DNA of 64,000 nt, taken from the NCBI GenBank assembly GCA_964514585.1, contig CAZETU010000004.1, positions 22,726 through 86,725 of the forward strand, written 5' to 3'. Of the stretch, positions 9,934 through 17,497 are shown in pieces (within the stretch, counting starts at the first letter, position 1; each line of letters begins with the position of its first letter). The notes below the pieces were generated by a model. It had not been told where the DNA came from. It searched no databases and saw only the letters and a program-made list of their open reading frames with translations. A program made the position numbers and the translations under genes. This DNA is from Candidatus Woesearchaeota archaeon. GTDB lineage: Archaea; Nanobdellota; Nanobdellia; Pacearchaeales; GW2011-AR1.

Positions 9934-10008
9934 ATGAGTGTAGAAGAAGACTTAAACAAAGAACATGCAGACATCGATAGCATGGATGTCACAGAAGATT
10001 TAGACTAA
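9934..10008 (+). CDS. Putative 24-aa acidic micro-protein (MSVEEDLNKEHADIDSMDVTEDLD)
   Basis: Hand translation. Same frame as the previous micro-ORF; followed by a T-rich tract. Confidence 0.5.
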   Translation: MSVEEDLNKEHADIDSMDVTEDLD

Positions 10009-10010
10009 AC

Positions 10011-10040
10011 TTTTTTTTATTTTTTTATTTTTTTATTTTT
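10011..10040 (+). terminator. Oligo-T tract, archaeal-type terminator
   Basis: Repeated T6-8A runs between convergent genes. Confidence 0.55.
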
Positions 10041-10604
10041 TTAAATCCCCTCTAATAACTTTGCCTCTCTAAACATTCCAAGCGCCTTATACGTCGTCAG
10101 TAACCTATCCTTAATCATCATCTTCTCCATATCATCCAAATTCATCTTAATCAACTTCTCATAAAACTTCGTCGCCCCAGCCTTCTTACCCTTATTCTCA
10201 AACTCCTTCGCAAAAACAACATAAATATTCTTCCGCGCCAACTTCACCTTAGACCTCTGTTCAACATTAGCATCCCGACTCGCCCGAATAAACATCTCAT
10301 CAGCCTCGTCAACCTTACCCATCCTAGCAAACAACTCAGCCGCCACTAAATGACTATCAATCTTATCCTTAAGCGTCACCTCGACCGCCGCCTTATTCCC
10401 CATCGCCTTAGCCGCCCTGTCATACATTTTCCTCTCAGCATAAAGCCCAGCCAACTCACCCCACAAAAATCGCTTAATCTCATAACTAAAACCTGACTCC
10501 TTCAACGCCGACTCCAAATACATTATCTTATTCAAAATCGTATTCATAGAAGCCAGCTTACCCTCAATTTCCTCAATACTCCGCTCCCTAACTTGAACAC
10601 CCAT
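10041..10604 (-). CDS. TPR-like all-helical protein
   Basis: Repeated helical motifs (LAGLYAERKMYDRAAKAM, AAELFARMGKVDEADEMF). Confidence 0.75.
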   Translation of the reverse strand: MGVQVRERSIEEIEGKLASMNTILNKIMYLESALKESGFSYEIKRFLWGELAGLYAERKMYDRAAKAMGNKAAVEVTLKDKIDSHLVAAELFARMGKVDEADEMFIRASRDANVEQRSKVKLARKNIYVVFAKEFENKGKKAGATKFYEKLIKMNLDDMEKMMIKDRLLTTYKALGMFREAKLLEGI

Positions 10605-10650
10605 AATAAAAAAAGCTTCTCCGACTTTTTAAGAATTTATATGATTCATA

Positions 10651-10950
10651 TCAACGAGGCAACTTCAAAGAAATCTCATCGGGCAAACACTCAAGGCCCA
10701 TGCCATTAAACTCCCAGCCATCCTCTCCACTCAAAACTTCCATAGGATCAACCTTTTTTTGTTCCTGATTATAGAGCTCACCCTCTAAACCCAAACCAAA
10801 CCTCAGCTCATCTCCAGCCATTCTACCATAATCATAAGTCCTAAATCCCTGACCAGGCCTCAACCTACCAGATTCAAGTCGTTCATAAAACTCATTTGAT
10901 CCATGGAACAAGCCCTCTTCCGAAACAAGAAACCGAGGTAAATCTCCCAT
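10651..10950 (-). CDS. Hypothetical protein
   Basis: 99-aa ORF with the local minus-strand codon style. Confidence 0.6.
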   Translation of the reverse strand: MGDLPRFLVSEEGLFHGSNEFYERLESGRLRPGQGFRTYDYGRMAGDELRFGLGLEGELYNQEQKKVDPMEVLSGEDGWEFNGMGLECLPDEISLKLPR

Positions 10951-11087
10951 AACAAAAATTATACTAACGACTTTTTAAAAATTTATACACTTACAGCTCA
11001 CATCAATAAAATAAAAACATTTTTACCCTCAGGGATTTTACCCCCGAAGGATTTTAATTATAAAAATAAAAAAATAAAGTTGTAAAA

Positions 11088-12374
11088 TTACAACTTCTTT
11101 TCAACAAGAGATTTACAAACGCCTGCCGCAACTGTAACACCAGCGTCTCGGATAGCGAATCTCGCCATGTATGGATTATCTGTAACAGATTCCATAACTA
11201 GATTTCCGATCGGTTTGATCTTAACAATAGCAACATCCCCATTCTTCAAAAAGTCTGGGTTCTCTTCAGAGACTTGTCCGCTTGCAGGGTCCAACTTAGC
11301 CTTAAGTTCCACGAATTGACATGGGACTTGAGCTGTGTGAACATGGAAAACTGGTGTGTAACCTTTAGCGATTACTGTTGGGTGGTTGATAACAGCAATT
11401 TGTGCTTCAAACTCTTCAACAATCTTAGCCGGGTTAGCAGCATCACAAATAACGTCGCCTCGAGCCATGTCTTTCTTACCAACACCTCGGATGTTGATAC
11501 CGACATTGTCTCCAGCTTCGCCTTCTTTTAACTGCTCATGGTGAGCTTCGATAGATCGAACTTCACCTGCAATTCCAGTTCCAGATCGTCCTGGTAATAC
11601 GATAACCTTTTGACCGATTTTCATAATTCCAGTTTCAATCTTTCCTACAGGAACAGTACCAATACCCGTGATATCATAGACATCTTGGATTGGCATTCTC
11701 ATCGGTAAAGTAGTTGGTTTTTCTGGTGCAGGGAACTTATCAATCTGTTCTAGAACAGTTGGTCCTTTGTACCATGCTATATTCTCGCTTCTCTTAGCCA
11801 TGTTGTCGCCCATAAGAGCGGAACCTGCGATAAACGGAGTTTCGTCAGGATTGTATCCAGCTTGTTTAATAACAACCTTTACATCCTCAACAGCCTTATT
11901 GTACTTAGTCTCATCATACTTAACAACGTCCATTTTATTAATAAGAACTGCAATGTTTTTTACACCCATAGTTCGAAGTAACCAAACGTGTTCTTTTGTC
12001 TGAGGTTGTACACCGTCTTCGCATCCAACAACTAAGAAGGCAGCATCTGCTTGCGAAGCACCTGTGATCATGTTTTTAACAAAATCCTTATGTCCTGGTG
12101 CATCAATAATTGTAACTTCATAATTCTGAGTAACAAGCTTCTTGTAAGACAAGTTAATAGTAACTCCTCTTTCTCGCTCTTCCTTCAGATTATCAGTAAA
12201 ATAAGCAAACTCAAATCCTGCTTTACCGTGTTTCTCTGCTTCTTCCTTGAACTTCTTCATTTCCTGATCGGAAATAGCTCCGCCTTCAAAGAATACTCTA
12301 CCAACTGCGGTAGACTTTCCCTGATCGACGTGCCCAACGAAGACAACATTCATTCCTGGTTTTTCTTTAGCCAT
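11088..12374 (-). CDS. tuf: Translation elongation factor EF-1alpha
   Basis: GHVDQGKST, EERERGVTI, DAPGHKDFVKNMITGASQAD, INKMD, RFAIRD. Confidence 0.98.
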   Translation of the reverse strand: MAKEKPGMNVVFVGHVDQGKSTAVGRVFFEGGAISDQEMKKFKEEAEKHGKAGFEFAYFTDNLKEERERGVTINLSYKKLVTQNYEVTIIDAPGHKDFVKNMITGASQADAAFLVVGCEDGVQPQTKEHVWLLRTMGVKNIAVLINKMDVVKYDETKYNKAVEDVKVVIKQAGYNPDETPFIAGSALMGDNMAKRSENIAWYKGPTVLEQIDKFPAPEKPTTLPMRMPIQDVYDITGIGTVPVGKIETGIMKIGQKVIVLPGRSGTGIAGEVRSIEAHHEQLKEGEAGDNVGINIRGVGKKDMARGDVICDAANPAKIVEEFEAQIAVINHPTVIAKGYTPVFHVHTAQVPCQFVELKAKLDPASGQVSEENPDFLKNGDVAIVKIKPIGNLVMESVTDNPYMARFAIRDAGVTVAAGVCKSLVEKKL

Positions 12375-12503
12375 TTTCTAATTTTTTTAATTTAGTTAGT
12401 TTTATTTAGTCCTCGAAGATAAATCCCTCCGAAAGACATAAAATATGATATTAAAATCGGTTTTTAAGGGTTGTGGTTGGATATCTCATTGAGTACATTA
12501 AAA

Positions 12504-12977
12504 TTACAAACAACATATTCTTGCAGGTTGTACATCTCCCATTAACACATAAACAGAATAATGATTATCCTTAGCATCAACACAATATTTTCTCCTTACC
12601 TCTCCAGCCTTATTACTTTTACCATAAGGACTATAACGAATTCTTGAATCACTTTTTTTATTACCTGGCGCACCTTCCCAAGTATCATTTAATTCACTAT
12701 CTTCAACCCTTTCTTGACTCCCTTTTACACAAGTAACGACAACAAACTCTCCACTCTCCAAGGCTTTTCCCCTGAAAAAAGCAGTATTAACAACATCGCC
12801 AGATAAATCCTCAAGGCTACGCCGAACCGCTCCTTCAAACAACTCAAACCTCCTCTGACGTTCTATTGCAATTGAATACGCACCTAAAAGATTCTTTACA
12901 GTTGTCATTTTATCTTTGCCATTTCTTAATTTATCAGAACTCTTATTCCCTTTCGGATAAAAAAACACAGTAATCAT
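12504..12977 (-). CDS. Hypothetical protein (ORFan between fusA and tuf)
   Basis: 157-aa ORF, AT-rich and less strand-skewed than its neighbours. Confidence 0.6.
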   Translation of the reverse strand: MITVFFYPKGNKSSDKLRNGKDKMTTVKNLLGAYSIAIERQRRFELFEGAVRRSLEDLSGDVVNTAFFRGKALESGEFVVVTCVKGSQERVEDSELNDTWEGAPGNKKSDSRIRYSPYGKSNKAGEVRRKYCVDAKDNHYSVYVLMGDVQPARICCL

Positions 12978-13001
12978 AATTTATAAAATTTGCTATTTCC
13001 C

Positions 13002-13106
13002 AATTTTTGATTCTTTTTAGAGTTAGACGAGGCGTGAGGTTGCGCAGTGTGCTCACGCACATAAGCATTTTCACAACAAAGTATAAACTAAAAAGAATCA
13101 AAAATT
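13002..13106. repeat. Nested inverted-repeat element: 19-bp perfect arms enclosing a GC-rich 7-bp hairpin
   Basis: aatttttgattctttttag (13002-13020) is the exact reverse complement of ctaaaaagaatcaaaaatt (13088-13106). Inner stem gcgtgag (13032-13038) / ctcacgc (13052-13058). Confidence 0.9.
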
Positions 13107-15276
13107 ATTGGTTTTCGGAAAGTCCTTTCCTATCCCTAATCTGCTTGATAATCTTAACCTGCAATTCATTAGGCAATTTCTTAAAACTCTGACTAACCAA
13201 CGAAGAAACTCCTCGACCACCAGTAGTACTTCTAAGGTCACTAGTCCATCCAATCATTTCCTGAACCGGAAGCTCTGCCCTAATCGTAACACCAGTTTCA
13301 TCCTGCTGAACATCAACTAAAGTTCCTCTCTTTGTAGAAACTAAACTCGTCACAGCACCCATATACTCTGTAGGCGCCTCAATCTGATGAACCTGAACAG
13401 GCTCATAAATAGTCGGAACAGCCTTAGCAAAAGCGGCTCGAAGACCTTCTCTAATCGCAGGGTATACCTGAGCAGGACCCCTATGAATCGCGTCCTCATG
13501 CAACTTCAAATCAACCAAAGAAACCTTCAACTTCAAAGTCGGCTCCCTAGCCAAAGGACCGCTCTTCATAACTTCTTCAAAACTATCCAAAACCAACTCG
13601 ATAACTTCACCAATATGGACCTCACCCTTAGTCTTATCCAAGAAAACATTCCCATTAAAAATATCCCTATATTGCTGAGCCTCATCTCTAGAAATCCCAA
13701 GACCAACCAAAGTCTCATCAAGCGCTTTGTCCTTCTTCTTAATCCTACCTCTTGGCAAAGTACCATCAGCAACAGCCTCGACAATCGCATCCTCCAAAGG
13801 CTCAACCGTCATAAAGAAACTATTATGCTTATTCGGAGACCTACCCTCAGCAGGATCAGAAGTCTTTGCAACCGATTCCCTATAAACAATAATCGGAGGT
13901 CCCATTTCAATCTCAAGCCCCTTCTCTGTCTTAATCCTATTCTCAATAATCTCCAAATGCAACTCCCCCATACCAGACATCAAAGATTCCCCAGTCTCCT
14001 CATTAATCTCAATCCGAAGGCTAGGATCTTCCTTTCCAACCTGTCTCAATGTCTCAATCAACTTAGGCAAATCAGCAGTCTTCTTAGCAGCAATAGACTT
14101 TGTAACAACCGGTTCAAACAAATGACTAATCGCTTCAAATGGCTCAATTGGATTCTTACTAACAGTCTCACCAACAACGACATCCCTCAACCCAACAATA
14201 CCAACAATATTACCCGCAACAACCTCGTCAAGCTGAACCCTATTCGCACCCTTGTAAATCGAAACCTGCTGCGCCCGAACATTAGTCCCTGCAATATTCA
14301 TATACAACTCATCACCCTGTTTAATCGTCCCACCAAACAATCTACCAGCAGCAACCTCACCAGCATGAGGATCAATCACAATCTTAATCGGAACAAAAGC
14401 AACCTCACCCTTAATATTACAACTCGTTAAATCCTTCCCAGCCTGACTCTCCAAGTCACCATGCCAAATCTTAGGAATCCTATAAGCCTGAGCAGTCACA
14501 GGATCAGGATGGTTATTAACAACCATAGAAAGAATAACCTCATGAATTGGAGCCTTCTTCGCCAAAATCTTATATTCTTCCCCACCTGCCTCATAAGCAT
14601 CAATAATTTCTTTAAAACTAATACCATGCTTTTGCATATACGGAATCGAAAGAGCCCAATTGTGAAAAGCACTACCAAACGCAACCGAGCCATCAGCGAC
14701 GCTAACTTGCCACTTCTGCTTATAATCAGGCTCAGCAATCTCAGCAATCAACTTATTCACCGAATTAATAATATCAATAAATCTCTTCTGCATTTCCTCA
14801 GGAGTCAACTTAACTTCCCTAATCAAACGGTCAACCTTATTGATAAACAAAATAGGCCTAACTCTTTCCTTCAAAGCCTGTCGAAGAACAGTCTCAGTCT
14901 GAGGCATAATCCCTTCACTAGCACAACTCAAAACAATCGCACCGTCCACTGCCCTCATAGCTCGTGTAACATCACCACCAAAATCAACATGCCCAGGTGT
15001 ATCAATTAAGTTAATCAAATAATCCTGGCCATCAACAGTATGAACCATAGAAACTGAAGCCGAATCAATAGTAATCCCCCTCTCCGCCTCATCATCATGA
15101 AAATCCAAAGTCCTAGCCTTTCCAGCCAAAGCCTCACTCATCATCCCAGCACCAGCCAACAAATTATCAGAAAACGTCGTCTTACCATGATCGATGTGCG
15201 CACAAATAGCAATATTCCGAATATGCGTCGGATCATTCTGCAATTCCTTAACTTTAGTAGTCATATCTGCCATCAT
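13105..15276 (-). CDS. fusA: Translation elongation factor EF-2
   Basis: AHIDHGKTT, ERGITI, DTPGHVDF, INKVD; diphthamide loop HEDAIHRGPAQ intact. Confidence 0.98.
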   Translation of the reverse strand: MMADMTTKVKELQNDPTHIRNIAICAHIDHGKTTFSDNLLAGAGMMSEALAGKARTLDFHDDEAERGITIDSASVSMVHTVDGQDYLINLIDTPGHVDFGGDVTRAMRAVDGAIVLSCASEGIMPQTETVLRQALKERVRPILFINKVDRLIREVKLTPEEMQKRFIDIINSVNKLIAEIAEPDYKQKWQVSVADGSVAFGSAFHNWALSIPYMQKHGISFKEIIDAYEAGGEEYKILAKKAPIHEVILSMVVNNHPDPVTAQAYRIPKIWHGDLESQAGKDLTSCNIKGEVAFVPIKIVIDPHAGEVAAGRLFGGTIKQGDELYMNIAGTNVRAQQVSIYKGANRVQLDEVVAGNIVGIVGLRDVVVGETVSKNPIEPFEAISHLFEPVVTKSIAAKKTADLPKLIETLRQVGKEDPSLRIEINEETGESLMSGMGELHLEIIENRIKTEKGLEIEMGPPIIVYRESVAKTSDPAEGRSPNKHNSFFMTVEPLEDAIVEAVADGTLPRGRIKKKDKALDETLVGLGISRDEAQQYRDIFNGNVFLDKTKGEVHIGEVIELVLDSFEEVMKSGPLAREPTLKLKVSLVDLKLHEDAIHRGPAQVYPAIREGLRAAFAKAVPTIYEPVQVHQIEAPTEYMGAVTSLVSTKRGTLVDVQQDETGVTIRAELPVQEMIGWTSDLRSTTGGRGVSSLVSQSFKKLPNELQVKIIKQIRDRKGLSENQ

Positions 15277-15345
15277 AATTAATTGAAAAAACGGTTTATA
15301 AAAGTTTGCCTTCCAAAATCAAAAATCACCGTCGAGCATTTAATA

Positions 15346-15714
15346 TCACCAATAACTATGACGAAGAGGACTTATTTCATACCCAAAATGCTTTTTGTAA
15401 AGACCAATCATCTCTTTCTCCTTTAAAGAAGCAACGCTATGAAAAGATCCACGCAACCAACTATCTCCCCTATCATATAAGGAATCGTCATCCGTTGAAC
15501 TTGAAGACGATCTCCTAGAATCCCTATGAGAATCTAAAACCATTGTACCTCCAAACAAAGCAACCATATTGCCTCTTATGCCAAATTCATCTTGATGGGC
15601 ATCAGAACAAAAATGAGCTTCCACAATCTTACCCTTTCGACCAGCATAATTAACAGAACAATCTTTTGAACCCGGCGCTCCACAATAACATTTATCAATA
15701 ACTCTAGTTGTCAT
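15346..15714 (-). CDS. Hypothetical protein with Cys/His cluster (possible Zn finger), between rps7 and fusA
   Basis: CYCG...C...HFCSDAH followed by a Ser/Asp-rich linker. Confidence 0.55.
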   Translation of the reverse strand: MTTRVIDKCYCGAPGSKDCSVNYAGRKGKIVEAHFCSDAHQDEFGIRGNMVALFGGTMVLDSHRDSRRSSSSSTDDDSLYDRGDSWLRGSFHSVASLKEKEMIGLYKKHFGYEISPLRHSYW

Positions 15715-15768
15715 AAACAAACCAATAAGAAACCTTCTTTATAAAAATAATTATCCTAAAGAACACAC

Positions 15769-16365
15769 TTAACGAGCAGCATCAGCCTGCTTCTCCGCAT
15801 CATTCTTCTTAGAAACAGCATAGCTCTCAGAACTACCTTCAGCCGCCAACATTATCTCCTTTGCCAAAGCCTCAACAATCGTAGCCTTCTTATTAAAAGC
15901 CTTATCATAAGAACCATTAATAATATACCGAAGAACCAAATTCAATCTTCTCCGTGGAGAAACATCAACTGCCTGCGGATATCTAGCTCCACCATACTCA
16001 ATAGAAGTAACCTCATCCCGCGGTGCCCCATTTTCAACAGCCTTAACAAAAACCTTCAAAGGATTCTCACCAGTCTTCTCCTCGATAATCTTAAACGCAT
16101 CAATCACAATACCAGTACACCGAGTATGCTTCCCCGTAATCCACCCAGTAATAATCCTATGCTTCTTCCCTCTACTACCAGGAACCTGCAACAAATTTAC
16201 CAACCTCTCAACAACATTAACCTTCGCCCTCGTCGGATCCCACTTAATCCTACCATGAGACTTCAACATCAACTTCGCATTCAAATTAATAACCTTCTTC
16301 AAACCAGGATCCTCAACCCTAACCTCAGAAGCATCAAATAAACCAAAAACCTTCATTTGTACCAT
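15769..16365 (-). CDS. rps7: 30S ribosomal protein uS7
   Basis: ENGAPRDEVTSIEYGGARYPQAVDVSPRRR, KQADAAR. Confidence 0.97.
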   Translation of the reverse strand: MVQMKVFGLFDASEVRVEDPGLKKVINLNAKLMLKSHGRIKWDPTRAKVNVVERLVNLLQVPGSRGKKHRIITGWITGKHTRCTGIVIDAFKIIEEKTGENPLKVFVKAVENGAPRDEVTSIEYGGARYPQAVDVSPRRRLNLVLRYIINGSYDKAFNKKATIVEALAKEIMLAAEGSSESYAVSKKNDAEKQADAAR

Positions 16366-16367
16366 AA

Positions 16368-16790
16368 TTATCTTCGACCCTTCTCAATCTTACCTGACCA
16401 AAGTCTAGCCAATGGCTGATCGTTCACTTTAATAATTTGAAATCTAACGCCTGACAAATCTCCCTTAGTCCGACCCTGCTTCCCACCAATTCTCTCAATC
16501 AAAACTTCATCATGCTCATCAACAAACTTCTGCGCCAAATTCCCAGGAATAAAAGCAGTAACTTCCTTACCATTCTTAATCAACTGAACCCTCGCACATT
16601 TCCTCATAGCCGAGTTCGGCTGCTTAGCTTCCTTCTGAATCTTCTTCGTAACAATTCCTTTAGCCTGCGCCGCTCGCCCAATCGGATCAAACTTCAAACT
16701 AATCCCAAGCCGCTTCTTTTTGTCAGGCAACCTGCTATCTCTAAACTTACTCCGCGCTTTCTTCAATTTTCGTCCATTCATTAATCCCAT
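16368..16790 (-). CDS. rps12: 30S ribosomal protein uS12
   Basis: EAKQPNSAMRKCARVQLIKNGK, GDLSGVRFQ. Confidence 0.97.
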   Translation of the reverse strand: MGLMNGRKLKKARSKFRDSRLPDKKKRLGISLKFDPIGRAAQAKGIVTKKIQKEAKQPNSAMRKCARVQLIKNGKEVTAFIPGNLAQKFVDEHDEVLIERIGGKQGRTKGDLSGVRFQIIKVNDQPLARLWSGKIEKGRR

Positions 16791-16833
16791 CGTATAAATT
16801 AAGTGAAAAGTTGGTTTAAAAACTTTTACATAT

Positions 16834-17259
16834 CTAAGCTATTCTAAATTTAATAATCCCAAAAAAATTCTTCAAAACTTCAGCTAATTCCTTCTCTCTC
16901 TGACGACCACGACCAATCAAAGCAGCCTTGCTCTGACGACCAGCAGTAATCGTTAACGAATTTTCCTTTACTTCAACTTTATTAAATTCAACAGGGTCGA
17001 CAACATCCTCGACAAACTTCCCAATACCATCTCTATCTTCACAATCAGGCATAGCGACAACCTTAATCTTCTTCCTCAAAATATCCCTCAGCCTCTTAAC
17101 ATTCACAGCATTCTTCCCAATCGCCAAAGAAACCTTAGAACTAGGAACAGCAAAAATAATCTGATTATTATAAACAAAACACTTCGTCGTCGAAACCTTG
17201 GAAACCTTAGAAAACAAATTAATGTACCTCATCAACTGCATATCAATAGTTCCAGCCAT
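16834..17259 (-). CDS. nusA: Archaeal NusA (two KH domains)
   Basis: AIGKNAVNVK and ALIGRGRQ KH motifs; canonical position in the operon. Confidence 0.92.
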   Translation of the reverse strand: MAGTIDMQLMRYINLFSKVSKVSTTKCFVYNNQIIFAVPSSKVSLAIGKNAVNVKRLRDILRKKIKVVAMPDCEDRDGIGKFVEDVVDPVEFNKVEVKENSLTITAGRQSKAALIGRGRQREKELAEVLKNFFGIIKFRIA

Positions 17260-17260
17260 T

Positions 17261-17497
17261 TTATCTCAAAGAGAAAACTTCAGATTCAAAATCGAGATTT
17301 AATTCCTTGGCTAATTCTGCTTTAGGCTTCAAAACAACAAATTCAATTCCAGCAGATTCCAACTTTTCAACAGTCTCATCTCGAGTATCTTTAGCAATAA
17401 AAACGCCTTTCAATCCCTTCGGATTTTTCAAAGCTTGACGAACACCAAAACAAACATTCTTTTTTTCCATTCCTTCCCGAATTTCTTTTACGCTCAT
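17261..17497 (-). CDS. rpl30e: Short divergent L30e/L7Ae-family protein
   Basis: FGVRQALK, VFIAKD, ELAKEL pattern; canonical position between rpoA and nusA. Confidence 0.7.
   Translation of the reverse strand: MSVKEIREGMEKKNVCFGVRQALKNPKGLKGVFIAKDTRDETVEKLESAGIEFVVLKPKAELAKELNLDFESEVFSLR

Noticed and set aside
11023-11055. Short repeat ttttaccc...ggatttt x2 downstream of tuf
   Set aside because: Too short and AT-rich to support a distinct element; probably part of termination.
13387-14430. 347-aa plus-strand ORF antisense to EF-2 (similarly 29437-30447, 6576-7331, 18445-19173, 49329-50063 and many shorter ones)
   Set aside because: Shadow ORFs. The A/C-rich plus strand is depleted of stop codons opposite minus-strand genes; the translations are Asn/Ile/Leu/Gln-rich with no motifs and fully overlap well-supported genes.
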